DNA of 64,000 nt from Takakia lepidozioides (taxonomy: Eukaryota; Plantae; Bryophyta), in the NCBI GenBank assembly GCA_030704615.1, contig CM060733.1:13392001-13456000 (forward strand), given 5' to 3'. Positions within the stretch are counted from its first letter, which is position 1. Every line of letters begins with the position of its first letter. Under the pieces are notes generated by a model. It did no database searches. It was not told the DNA's origin and was given only the letters and a program-made list of their open reading frames with translations. A program made the translations under genes and the position numbers. This document shows positions 1 to 13,150 of the stretch, in pieces.

Positions 1-318
1 GGCTCCAGTGGACTACCTCCTAACGACTCATGCCAATCCAGCGTCCCAGCGGACTCATGGACATGGTGCCTACCAGACTAGGTACCAGACCCACCAGTCC
101 TAGCCTCGGCAGCGTACTGTCGCACATTCAAGCTCAGCAGACTCGGGTGCACAGTGCATGGAAAAATTGACACCATTGTGTCCATTGAGTTTAGTGACAA
201 CATTACAAAACATGCCAGCACCCACAGTACACAAAAGTGCTCATCACCACTGGAATAGTAAGCGAAAAGACTCGCATTTTTTATTTCGGTACATAGACTT
301 CACACAAGTACATCATAC

Positions 319-1365
319 TCATGAGAGCAGTTTCTCTACATTGTCCAACCCCCGCACGATATACTGGGCACACTGCATTCGCTGCCCAAGTGCAAACTTG
401 AAAGTAAACCAGTCCTTCGTGAAAGGTGTTCCTCTCTCTGGCTTTGCAGTCTTGGAGACATTTGCTCTGACTTTTACCCACTCATAAAACACTTGAATGA
501 ATGACATGACGTAAAAGCCACACTCCCAGCTGAATGGTTGCTGGGCACATCAGGCGCGTGGAACTGAAATGCTTGGACAATCTCATGCCACTCTGGTGAG
601 TCCATCGAGTACCCTAAGCACTCAGCATGAAGCTTCCGAATCCACCCTAGAACAAAGGGACATTTATGCGAGTCCCTGATAGAGTTCAGGTGAGTGTAAC
701 AGCCCTTGCGGAGGTCGATGATACAAACACTCCAGTGCCCCCTGCAATGGTATCAAACAACATGGCGTCATTGCACAATCATGATGGGCAGACTCAGCAG
801 ACTGACACTCAGCAGACCGACCACTCAGCAGACTCAATCTTCAAACCCAGTCCACTGCACAAATACAGAGGTCAACTTAATCGCTCAGAGTCAAGACGAC
901 ACTGCGAAACCAGACTATGACTCAGGAGACAGTCTCAGCAGACTCGGAAGAGTTCTTACTCGTCCCCAATTGGCACCAAAATGAAATCGCACTCTTCAAG
1001 TCCTTGCCCAGTCGTTCAGTGCTGAGGCAACCTTTCAAGACCTCCAGAAGGCTTTCATGTTGCCCCACCCCCAATGACTTCAACACCGTCCACGTCGACG
1101 TTGGACAACAATAGTGTTGGTGAACGCAGCCTCAACCGACTTCTCATAGAATCGACACCACAGCTCCAGGAGTCTATCTGTGCACTCCGACTCAACCTTC
1201 TGGAGCGCCTTTATGTCATCCGGCGACAGTCCGCATTCAAACCGTGGGTCCCCTTCAAAAAACATCAGCATGGAATTACCCGCCTTCACGTGCAGAGCAT
1301 GTGCTTTGCCAAACCGAGCACCCATCCTGCACAGAGCAGACCATCCTTCGGGAAGCCTCATGTAC
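319..1365 (-). pseudogene. Ulp1/peptidase C48 catalytic domain (two exons)
   Basis: Splicing out 742-959 gives DFILVPIGDE|GHWSVCIIDLRKGCYTHLNS...VPQQPFSWECGFYVMSFI. This contains the C48 HW motif and the PQQxxxxxCG catalytic-Cys motif. Frameshifts at ~1000-1100. Confidence 0.8.
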
Positions 1366-4300
1366 TGAACAGACTGACGTCAACATGGTACCAAACACTC
1401 TACAGGCTGAACATTCATCATCAGACTGACAAGACTAACCACAACAGACAATGATGAAACCAGCAGCAGACTGACCACAACAGACGCAAGCACTTAACGA
1501 CAAAGACAGACGAGGAGACTGAGCACAGTACTCACCTGTGCTGCTCCAGGAAACGACCCACATCTTTGTCCATGTCCAAGGCCAGCTTGCGGTTCTTGTT
1601 CATAAAGACGCCAGACTTTTTCTTCGCCGGTCTCTTGGTACTCGGACCCTCCTCGACCTCCTCAGCATGGTCCACGACAGTCCGCTTCTTGGCTTTGCCT
1701 CTCCCCTGGGAAGCAGGGACAGCTGTAGGCGGGCTGGATAGAGCAGACAAACGCAGCGCTGCCGCCCCCTACTTCGCAACAGGCTGGTCAGCAGGTTTGT
1801 TTACACTTGCTGGACCTGTCTTTGCAGCTTCGTGGGTCGCATGCGTAGAACTGACCCGCGCATCGGGGGGCGTGCTCACCCCCACACCTTTCTTATCCCA
1901 CGTTTGCAGCATGGGCGGAAGATGTCATGTCCTCAGAAGTAGACAGTCTGCCGACGGAGGGACGAACATCCTGTGAGGATACCGAGCAAAATGGCGAATT
2001 AGCCCAATTTCACAATGTGCTAAAACATAAACAACAGTGCTGAAAGAGGAAATGGCACAACCTGCCCAAGGGGTGAGGGAGCAGACTCCATGTAATCCAG
2101 CGCTATACCAGACGGTGTCTGCGCCGCATGTGGTTCCTTGTCAGTGTGCCTGCCAGCATGTTCAGTCTGTTGCTCAATGTGGGCAGTCTGCTCGGCCTTC
2201 TCGTCAGTCCTTTCGTCTGTGAACTGTGCAGTCTGCTGGCAACTCTGCGGTTCAGTCTCTTCCTCAATGTGGGCAATGTGCTCGGGCAGGTTGGTCGTCA
2301 GTCCTTCCCTCTGTGAAGTGTGCAGTGTGCTGGTCAGGCCGTGCAGTCTGAACTGTGCAGTCAGAGCTGAGCTGTGCAGTCTGCCGCTCCGAGCCATCCT
2401 GGTCAGTCCTTCCATCTGTGACCTGTGCAGTCTGCTGGTTAGTCTGCGGTTCAGTCTGCTCATCAATGAAGACAGTATGCTGCCCCGCCACAGTTGCTCG
2501 GCAGTCCTTCCATGTGTCCACTGTTCAGTGTGCTGGTCAGTCTGGTGGACAGCCGGCTGGGTGTTCGGATCTCCATGGACTTGGGAAACATCAAGAACAT
2601 GTATGGAAGACCCACCGGCAATTGCTTCCTCAGACTCTTCTGTAAGATCTATGATACGGTTTTGCGTTCCCAGATTGAGTTCGGTCATCACGTAACTCAT
2701 CTATGGCTTTCGCCACTGAGCACGAAAACGGACTAAGCTGGAAGGTCATAGAAGGCAGGCCACGGGGAGCTGGATAAGAATGCTTTACCGGTGACCTGAT
2801 GACGTCGTCAGTGAATGTGCCTGGGGAAAAGTGGACTCGGTCAAAACACTCATACTGGCAGATCCAAAACATGTTGTTGGGAACTCAGCAGAAATTCGTC
2901 CACAGGGTCCCGGTGAGGCCAGTGCATCCGAGTCTGTTGCACAATCCAGGGAACAGACTGGCTGTTAGTCTCCTGGATAGTCTGCTCGGCCATCTGCTGA
3001 GTGGGTTCGCCAGTGTGCTGCACAGTCTGCTGAGGGCAATCTGCTGGCTGGATTCGTCGGTCTGCTGCACGGTCTGCTGTGCTGAGGGGCAGTCTGGGCC
3101 ATGTTGCTGGTCTGCTGCACAGTCGGCTGAGGGGCAGTCTGTTGGCCGGTCCTCCGGTCTGCTGCAAAGTCTGCAAAGTTCGCTGCCGCTCAGTACTGTT
3201 TGCACTGTGCGGGGCAGTCTGCTGGGAGTGATCCGGCCTATTACCCGGGACGGTCTGGTGCACATGCTCGGTCTCCAGCACTTGGGCAGTCTGCCCACAT
3301 GTGTCGTGGGAATATGTTGTTCGACATTCTTGTGGCCAGTCTGCTGGACAGTCTCCCGAACTCCTTGTAAAGCCAGGACAAGGTCCCTTGCACCTCTGGC
3401 AAAAGAGTCGAAAGCAGCCTGCACTTGCTTGTCTCCCAGATCAACTCGCCCTGCAACACATGTTTATGCAATGTGAAAAATTGGCAAAAGAAGAACTGAA
3501 ACACCCTTGCCCATATACATTTTACCTTCCAAGAGATTTCCGACGAGGCCAATGTCCTTGATTTGCCGGCACAGGCATGCTCCATCGAGATGCAATGGCG
3601 CCGATGCGGTCTTCAGTTGGGATCCCACACCACAGGACTTTGAAGACATTGGGATTCTGCAAAACAATGTCGAATACTGCTCGCTCCATCACCAATGCAA
3701 ACCAGTGCAATGCGTCATCCACCACAAACTTCTGTGAATGGTCTGTTCCATGGAGTAAGTCCATCCTCAAACTATGCAGATCCTTCATCAACTTGTTGTA
3801 TGAGCGGAAATTGCCAAATTGCATCCATCTGTGTTGTAGGAAGGAAGCTGCCATGCGCTCAAAGTCCTCCTCAGTCAATCCGAACAAGTGCTTTCTTCGC
3901 ACCCCAAAGGTTGGATGTGCCATAGGCATATGTCTGAGGTCTTCAGGCCGTGGGTCATCCATGAGAATCAGCTGCACAAGTAGAGGCGGCGCATTTTGGT
4001 CGCTTGTGGCTTCAATGGCAACAGCAGAGGCGGCTTCTAGAACATGGTTGGCTTCCTCAATAGAAAACTCCATGGAATAATGAAAGGGTACAAATGACCA
4101 CCGGCGGTCCGCAACAATCCGGTGGAGCTCATTATGCCAATCCAAATGGGGATTAATTTCTCTCCCACCCTAAGCCGGGGAAGTGTGAGGTCTTCAGCTC
4201 CGGGTCGAATTACCGGTGATGGCGATCGCCAAACTGCAAAAAGCGCCGTGCTATGTGAGAGAAAGGCTGCTGGTCAGTCTGCTGGTCCGCAGTCTGTTGG

Positions 4301-5959
4301 ATGACAGGACTTCCCATTGGCATGGGCTGCATGATGGGCTCCTGGAGAGGAGTCTGCAGGATGACAGCTGCTCGTTGGGAGTCTGCTCCGTTGGAGTCTG
4401 CTGGATGACAGGCTGCTGAACGGGAGTCTGCTGATGACGGCCTGCTGAATGGGAGTCTGCTGGATGGCAGACTCGGCTGTCCCAGACGCATTCCCCCCGA
4501 CGCGTCTTGAATATGTAATGCCGCTATAGCAGCAGATGACCCAGGATACTTCAATAATATGTACTCTCGCACGCGGTCCACTTCCGCACGCACTGCAGTC
4601 GCTTGTAAAGGAGCATCATTGCTAGGTATCCGCCAAGCCTGAATGGCCCTACGAATAGAAACACGTTCATCCTGGTACACGGCAGAGAACTTGGACGTCA
4701 GGAACATGGACGTGGACTCTATATTCACCTCATGCAGCGGACTGGACTCACAGACCAGCAGACTGACGTAACGTGCGTACGTAGGGTGGAGGCAACTAGT
4801 AGACTATACCAGTGGACTGGACCAGCGGACTGACAAACGGACTCAGTAAGTAATGCAGCGATATAAAACAGACTAACTGACGAGCGGAGTGAGCCAGCGG
4901 ACTGAGGAGAGAACGCAGCGGACTGACCAGACTGAATAGGCAACGTGACCCCGATGATGGACTCAAAGCACAGAGAACAGACTGGGCGGTCAGACTGACC
5001 ATTACCTCCTCTACTTCATCATCGTCATCTTCATCTTCAAAGCTGTTCAACCAGTTCTGTTCCGCCTGTCGGATGAATGTGCGTAGCAGACCTGACTGGG
5101 CACTCTGTAGAAATAACGGAAGAAGTCTGGATCCCCAATTGGTGGGCACTCTGGTGGGAAAAGCCCAAAGTCAACGAGGCGCAATGTGCCAGGGCAGACT
5201 GGCCCTTCAGTGCTCTGTTGAGTTTTTGGTTTTGACCCTAAACCGATGGCATGGGTCGCGATATTTGTGTGAGTCTGCTGCCGAGTCTGGTCAGGCAAGT
5301 CAATGTCCACTGGACTTGTCACCCCTTCCAGGCCCTGAGCAGATTCACTTTCAGTATCAGTACTGATGGTGTGGGTCTGCCGCCCAGGACGGGGTTCAGT
5401 CTGTTGCGTGGATTTTGCCTTGCCTCGCGAGCAGACCTTGCAGCCTTTTTTTTTTTTGCCTCTCCTTTTTTGGGCCCCATCACTCAGTTTACGTTTTCTG
5501 GGAGCGCCGGCGTTCCCTGCACTTGCAAATCCTCCATTGACGGGCCACCACAATGGACGCCATACCGTGCGCGCACTTCGTCTAATTCCAAAGTGCGGGG
5601 GTCAAGCACTGATCCGCGCAAGCGCATTGTGGCCTCTTTGACAATCGACATTTCTTTCAGTATCGGCCAAGGCTTGAAATCCCGTGGAATCATTGCAACA
5701 GTCTCCTTGCAACCCGTGTCAACACAATGCCGATTTAGTTGGATTTTGTCCTTGATAACCTCTTCACAGAAGGGACAGAAGAGCTTGTCCTTCTGCCAAT
5801 TCGAGTTTTTGGGCTTCCGGGCGCGGAGGTCTACAAATGCTTCCACTATTTTATGATCAAACTCGTCTGGTGAGTACCAGTACCTTCGCTCCTTCTTCAG
5901 TCTGGTTTGGTGCACAAAATCCACCAGTCCGCTCCACCTTTTTCACAAGCATCCTCCAT
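319..5959 (-). pseudogene. Multi-exon TE gene: N-terminal C2H2/C2HC-like zinc finger, unknown globular region, Q/T-rich low-complexity region and C-terminal Ulp1-like SUMO protease; several frameshifts and stops
   Basis: Minus-strand ORF pieces 5484-5924, 4210-4728, 3522-4145, 2885-3424, 2020-2700, 1532-1750, 1080-1361 and 319-741 are separated by plausible GT-AG introns (e.g. 742-959, ~1366-1535, ~1971-2061). That they form one gene is inferred. Confidence 0.55.
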
Positions 5960-8900
5960 CGCTGCAGAATGAAACGAAGGTGCAAGGACAATGAGCGACA
6001 GATAGAAGTCCTATGAAAAGACTCACCCTAAGCAAGAAGAGGACACAGAATGGAATGGAAACACCGCAGCAAGTGAGAACCTCACCGAGCCGATGAACTT
6101 TCGTTACGGTGATGGAAACGCAAAGAGGAAAACAAAACAGTGCAAAACAATGCGAAAAAACAGGCGCGAAGAGAATGGAGTCGATCGCACAGGGAACATG
6201 AGAAGAAAGTAGAAGTAGAAGGGGAAAAGCGGGCATGGCACTGCTGCCAACGTGGCGCGATTTCACAGCGCCAACTATCCGCCGTCATCGCATTGAATAC
6301 GTCCACCGAACGAACGCATCGTACTAAATTCATCCACGGTCCTCGCAAGTGCAGCAGACTCATTTCCCATCGGGCCGAGAGTCCACCGGACCGCCAGTCC
6401 AGCGGACTATTCGCTTTGCTGAGGCGAAGCGGCTTCATATTGGAGGCACTTCCCTGCCAGCGGAATGAAGACAAAAGAGAGTAAGGGGAGAACAGGAAAG
6501 TCGAACACACCCATTGCGAACAGACTCGCGGCACAACAGACTGATGCATGCACAGTCCAACAGACTGATATCCATAGAGGAGAACTGTCCAGCAGACGGA
6601 CGTTTCGCCAGACTGGCGGAGAACAAGCCAAAAGACTGACCGGAGGGAAAATAAGAAGTCAAACAGACTTAGTGCAACAGACTTCCGACACAACAGACTG
6701 ACAAATTCACAAGTGCGACAGACTGATATCCCAACAGACGGACTTCCAGCAGACCGCCTCCAAACTGACTGTTATGCACGCGATAAGGGGAATATCCGGA
6801 GCACTGACGGGCCAACGGACCCACTGTGAACAGACTCGCGACACAACGGACCTCAAACATCCACGCGCATTTGCAGATGCAATTGTCTCAGCCTGGTCCG
6901 TCTCCTGGCAAATGCGACAATGTACCGATTCTGCACCTATCCCGTCGTGGCTCAGACATCTGCATTCAGCAGGTGCGTGTGGATGTTTGAGGACCTTACG
7001 ACTGGATGGTGTTCCGTGACGACTCGAATTGCTTTTTTGTGCTGCCATCCCTTATATAATACCATGTGGATCCATCACAAAGCTGGGTTTCTTCAGATTC
7101 TCCACCCTTTTCCACAACTTATGCACGACGGATGCAAGCCGCTATACTTGGTCACATAAACAGTCCCATCGTCCGATACGAAATCTGCAATACACGCCCC
7201 CATGTGCATACGCTTCCACCATTTTCGCGCCCATGTTACCCATGGGTTCCTTTAACGAACTAAACTTGTGAAGGCTCTCATGAGGGATGCAGTACGAAGG
7301 GGCTAAACATATCATGACGGATCACAAGCAGAGGACGTTATCGACGACAGATGTCCGCATTTTCCATATTTATGACATAGAACCAAACCATAAAACGAAG
7401 GTTCCCGAAAGCACAACAAGAAGGCAAAAATAGTGGAAGCATATGCACGATGGTGGCTGTAGTGCCGAGACAGTCCTCTCATGTTCAAGCACACGCTTCA
7501 TCATCATCATGAACATCGCGCGCAAAAGAGGAACAGTCGCGTGCATGGAAACGCCTACCGCAACATCGGACAACAAACAGCCGTCAAAAGAGCGGCCGGG
7601 ATTTGGTGGAAGATCATTGCCATTTTGCAGCCCTAAAATGGAGGGCTCGGATGGGTTATGGGAATGGACGGTGGCGATCCTGCGCCGTCCGGACTGGATG
7701 GCAGGGGACTGGCCAGCGGACTGGCGGGCAGACTGGCGGACTGGCAGACTGCTGGGCAGGACTGGCTAGTATGGACTGGCAGACTGGAGGGCAGCGGACT
7801 CATGGGCGGGGGACTGGCCGCGCGGCGGACGGGGGTGGGCGCTGTTGCTGCAGCCGCGCCCGCGGCTGGGCAACCGCGCACAGCGGCGGCGGGGCGGGGG
7901 GCTGGGAGCCGTCCGTGCGCGGGGCCCACCGGCCACATCGCACGTGCCCATTGAAGACCCTATTATCTTAAAATGAGAGGCGTATACAAATCACATTCCT
8001 TCGACAAAATGAGCCCCGCGTAGTAAAAACCCTTTAACTTATAATTCAATCGGACAATACCCAGCCACCTAGCCCTTGCACATCCTGTCCAAATTTGGGA
8101 CCAATCTGAGAAGACGAAAACCCCACCGGTGGATGTGGGGCCCTATTTTTGGCATTTTTCAAAATAAACTAGATCACAACAACATGATTTTTGTAGATTT
8201 TGGATGTCAAGTTGAAATGGTGGAGACAACCTAACATATGCAATCTTGTTCACGATCTCATAATTTGAAAGAGAATCACTTAACACTTGGTCAAAGGAAG
8301 GGGAGGTGGAATTGTCATCTGAAGGATCTTGTAGAAATTAATGTTTTTTAGCATTAAAGATAACTTGCATTAAGGCAACGTGCAAGGGATAATTAGTGAT
8401 GTATGCCAGGCTATAGCTACAGAGAAAGGAAATCAAGACAAAATGAAACGGGTGAGAGCCACCCCAGCCATAACCTTGGCCATTGTAAGCCTAAAAGTTC
8501 ACGGGCTCCTCCGAATCTAGCCAATCGCCTTTGCTCGTTGGATCTACACGTGAATACCTTAGGCACGCACCAATTTTTTTTTGGAATTTGCCCTACATCT
8601 GCAAAAGTTACACATTCTTAAAGAACCACTTTAACCCGTTTTGGGCCTTGCAGGTGTTTAGGGGATACATTATATTTCATCCCATATGATATAGTTGTTG
8701 GGCTGCCTAGATTGTAGACATCTAAACCCACAACTCTTCCTCCCACTGTTGCGTTAATGTTTCCGCACATAGCATCCAAGTTAAAATTGTATGGATGTCC
8801 TCATACCCACAAGCTACCTCGAATACATTCTCTTTTGGGAATCCGTATTCTTTTGGATTCTTACAATGTTCACGTTGATGTCATATATTGACCAAAATGA

Positions 8901-11798
8901 ATAGAAATTCCATGTCGTGCACCTAAGGATCGTGCCACAACATACATCATTGTCCACCACACATTCTAAAGCATACAATCATATAGTGATAAGAATGTGC
9001 TTATAAGACGTTGTTTGCTCTAGCCTTGGGTCATTGACCCTGTGCCTAGTTTCAGCAGAACCCTATAGTGATAAGAGATGAGAAATAAGAGAAACGGAAG
9101 ACAATGAAAACACTCCAAGCATGAAAGCATATCACACTAGGAACAAACCCTAGTCCTTCCAAGTGAAAATCCACTTTATCACATAACCTAAGTCAATGGC
9201 ACCTTTGCTAAAGGAATCCATCGTACAAAGCCCTCAACACACTCCCTCTCAATACCTAGAGCTATAGAGGCTCGTGAGGCTCAATTACAAGAAGATAAGC
9301 CTCCTCAACTCTCACAAGGGAAAAATCTATCCCCGTGTCCCAAGTGAGGCTTGACACCTCACTTGGCATATTAGATCAAATGAAATCCCAACACAAAAGT
9401 ACAAATATAATTATCCAAAATGTTATATTTAACTAGAAGTATGTAATTCTAGTTAACCATGACGAAAACTATGACATCCAAGAGCCATTGTTGGAGATCT
9501 TGAATCACACTTTACAAAGCCCTCGTTGTAGGCTAAAACAACCTCATTGAAAGTAATCAAACACGCGTACTCGTCTTTTGAAACCTTGGAGTTGTCCCAA
9601 TTTGAGAGAAAAATAGTGGGAACAACCTTGAGCATGATTGTTGTAAATACATCAAATGTCTAGCCCTTGCATTATATAAATTATCTGTAGGAGCTGAAAT
9701 TGTAGCCACCAGTTAAGGCACTATATGTTTCAGTATATCCATAGGTCCCATGTGTAAAAGATACTAACATGAGAAATCGTTGTCCCCAACATGTATAACG
9801 TACAATCCATTCACATAATTTTCTGAAGTGGGTATTGATTGTCTCGATAATTCTGATTTTGCATGCTTTTAAATTCAAAAATTGTTCAACTTGAGCTCAA
9901 GATGATATGGGACGGGGCATCGTTTCGTGTTGTAGCTCTAGCACAAGGAAAATTAATCTCATGTCGAAAAATGGAGTTCATATGGTTCGTTAGATATGCT
10001 TGAATTGAAGTGAGGAAGGAAATTTGAATGCAAATTTGAGTGCAACTATATACCCCTGATTTGGGCTTACATATATAGTTTAAACAATAAACAACCTTGT
10101 ATATCCAAGATCCAATGGATGCGAAAAGATATTTGTAATTTTTTATCCATTGCATGGAAAATTGAACAGACTCCATCTACCGTGCACGCAAACTCTTTTT
10201 AACAACATTTCCAAAAATGTGTGATTTGTCTCGTACGAGAGAAATGCATCGAAATTGGGTGGCATTGCAAACATTGGCAACAAATCTTCAACTTTGGCCA
10301 ATCGTTTGACAAATGGATATTTTTGAACACTTTTGAATACATATAAAGAAATTGTCACACCAACACCGCTCAAAATCGGCTTCATCCTCACACTTTGGGG
10401 CATTGAACACAACAAATAGCTCAGTTAACAATCATCGTTGAGGGAAACATTTTCAAAAAAATTAGCCAAAACCTAAGATATTTTAGTAACGCCTTGAATT
10501 AAATTCACACCAAAAAACACTTTGATAGTCACCAGAAAGAAATGAATGATTGTGAGCCGTCAAAACGAAATCTAAACACAATATTGCTGCTGAGCAGATC
10601 AATCACACACGGAATCCATGCTTGGTCACTTTGTACATTTCATTGTCTGAAAATAATGCTGCACCAAGAGAAAGTGTGTCCACAAAACAGCGAGCTATAT
10701 AGAAAGTACCCTTGAAAGTACGAGATCAACCCCGATCGTGGTTTTGAAATGCCACCCGACGTTTTGCTTCGAGCTTAAATGCTATTAGCTTGTATTTGAA
10801 GTGAAAACAAGGAAGAACAATTGATTGCAGCCGTCAACAGACCCCAGATGTCCAAACTAGGACTGCTTGGAACTTACCGCCTTAATTAAACTAGGGCGTT
10901 TCTGTGACCTTAGTCGTATAGATGCCTCAACTTTGCTTCATGGCCATCCCAGATACTTCCAGCTATATGTTGAAAAATTGTAGCTCAAACTGTAACATTT
11001 TTTTGTCATTCCAGAATACATAATCTTGATTCTATGTTGCCTTTTGAACAAAATGACTATCCTGAAACTTATAACACCCAAAATGTCAAAATGAACCATG
11101 TACATATATACATGTGGGTGGCTCCTAGTCTCCATACCATTTATAGCTCTGTCATATTGATAGATAATATCTTGGTGCATGAGAAGTGATTTTGATCTTG
11201 ATGTTGTTCAATGTGGTGAACATGGATTATGTTGTTATGCAGTTAACCTCAGATGTTCGTGAAATCATTATAATGGCGGTTGATTACTCATATGCAATAT
11301 TTGCACGTATTATTTATCATGAAACATATTCGTCTACCATAAAACATCCAACCGAGAACATTCTCTACGTAGACACTAACTAAGTTATGAAAGCCTTTAG
11401 AGGATGGGTCACAAGCCTTTCCATCCTCAACTACCAAGAAATATAAAGCTTGGACAGTTGAAGGAACATTTTGAAGGATTGAACAAAAGACCACCACATT
11501 ATGCACAACCACCCAAACAACTAGTTGGTAGCTCAAGTCGGCAAAACGTGTGGACTCTACTCTTGAAATTAAAGCTCAATATAGTGGTGGTTTTTTTTGT
11601 ATATTGGTGGTTTTTGGTGTAAGACTTCTATTCTTGGGATCATGAGGGAGCTAAAAAATCAAATGAAGCTGTTTGGCCTACTCTCCTCGAGAACAGACAT
11701 TGAATCACACTACCCCTTGCACATTCTCTCCCTATCTCTTTCATGTTTTGTTATTATTATTATTGTAGGATTTTTGTAAGGGAACACTTGGTATCGAC

Positions 11799-12890
11799 AA
11801 GTGTTGGATCGTTATCATAAACATTTCATACCAGCCAGGGTCTAGTATTGTCGGTGAAGAGGCCTCCTTCATACCTGGCACGTAATGGTATCAAAGTAGA
11901 TATTTAACTTTTAATGTACCAGTCTGGTATGTACATTGTTTTTGTTTGCCAGCCTGGTATGGTATGGTATCAGTATTGCAAATTTCAAATCTTATACTGG
12001 GGGTATATCAATACTGGTATCACTACAGCTCCATGCTGGAAATTTTGCATGGCAGGTATAATTTGAACAGATTAAAAAAATAAAAATAAAAATAAAAATA
12101 AAAACTGAATGCCGCACTTGAGCTGCTGAAGTTCACCACTTCAGCCTATGAGTGCCTTTATTGGCTGTGCCTTCTCAAGGCAGGACTACGCAAAGGGTTC
12201 AGCCGCTTTTTACGTTTTACCTCTTTTTCTTTCTTTTCTTTTTCTTTGATTTACTCTTCCAATTCGATCAAGACAGTTGCCACCAGAATATTCTGTCCCT
12301 ATTTCTAATGAATGACATCCCCTGGATGAACAGTTCACGGTCTTTAGGCCTGGAGTTCAACTTCTTGTGCATGCTTATGAGGATATTACCCGGCGTGCCA
12401 CCCGGGTGATTCAAGGCTCAAATCCTGTTACCGTGATATTTATTAATAAACACTGTGTGATCTTCCATATTTTACTATCTATTCATAATTACTAGAGGGC
12501 AAGGCTTGCATGAATTGCATGCATTTGTTTATAATAGCAAAGCTACAAAGATGGTAAGGAAAAAATAACCTTTCAAGAGCCATATAGGCTGATAAATGAG
12601 ACACTGCTCCGAGCCTAAGCAAATTTTTGTATAGCTTATTGATAAAATATTGATACCTAGGGTGCAAGCAACTGCGGAAGACAGAGAGTACTGGTATCAA
12701 CAAAGCTGCGTTCCTTGCAATACCCATGCTGGTCTGGTAGGAGCCCAGGTATTACCGTTTTACTATATTGCCCCCAATATGTTCTGCCCGAAGTACTCTG
12801 TTGCTTTCACCCGCCTGGTCTGGTACCCTGCTGCGATACCCTTACATGTGCTGACACCTCGCCTTGTCCCCATATACCGGTCTAACACTG
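11799..12890. mobile_element. Non-autonomous hAT-like element
   Basis: Imperfect TIRs AAGTGTTGGATCGTTAT / (rc) CAGTGTTAGACCGGTAT. 8-bp TSD gtatcgac (11791-11798) / gtattgac (12891-12898). CATACCAG/CTGGTATG subterminal repeats. Confidence 0.75.
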
Positions 12891-12899
12891 GTATTGACC

Positions 12900-13150
12900 G
12901 CTCACAAATCAGGCCCCAAGACATGGGCCTTCCTAAAATGAGGCCCGGCAGGAGGCGGTAGCTAAGTAGGTACTGTCCGAGTTTCAGGAAGGGCCACTAT
13001 GAGGGCCTCACCCTGTATATATAAAGAAACAATGAGGAATTTGATGGCTGAGATTCTCTTAGTCGGACGGTTATAAAGATTAGGAACCATGCGCTGCGGA
13101 AGGTGCCTTGAGAGGATGAACCTTACATGGCATAAGGTGCCATCCTCACC
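12900..13150 (+). repeat. Dispersed repeat, second copy at ~47750-47960
   Basis: Shared blocks gagggcctcaccctgt...aatttgatggctg...taggaacc...cataaggtgccatcctcacct in both places. Confidence 0.7.

Larger units (their letters stand above)
1..8032. mobile_element. Right portion of a Mutator-like element (MULE) carrying a Ulp1-protease gene; left end and transposase not in window
   Basis: Ulp1/C48 gene inside. GC-rich subterminal region at 7.6-7.95 kb. Terminus reads GGGTTTTTACTACGCGGGGCTCATTTTG on the minus strand (MULE-like G-starting TIR), followed by AT-rich tttaactta (candidate 9-bp TSD, 8033-8041). The partner TIR is not visible. Confidence 0.6.

Noticed and set aside
2138-3476. Long Cys/Ser/Leu-rich + strand ORFs
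   Set aside because: Antisense shadows of the motif-rich minus-strand exons.
6850-7560. Possible additional minus-strand gene in the MULE
   Set aside because: Splice-like sites are present, but all frames are interrupted and no motif is recognisable.
8100-11790. Possible very old transposase/LTR relics (SWIM-like GWHCKH at ~10260; LTR-like 9065-9450 with a 10-bp hairpin at ~9340-9366)
   Set aside because: Too degenerate; no consistent frame, termini or TSD.
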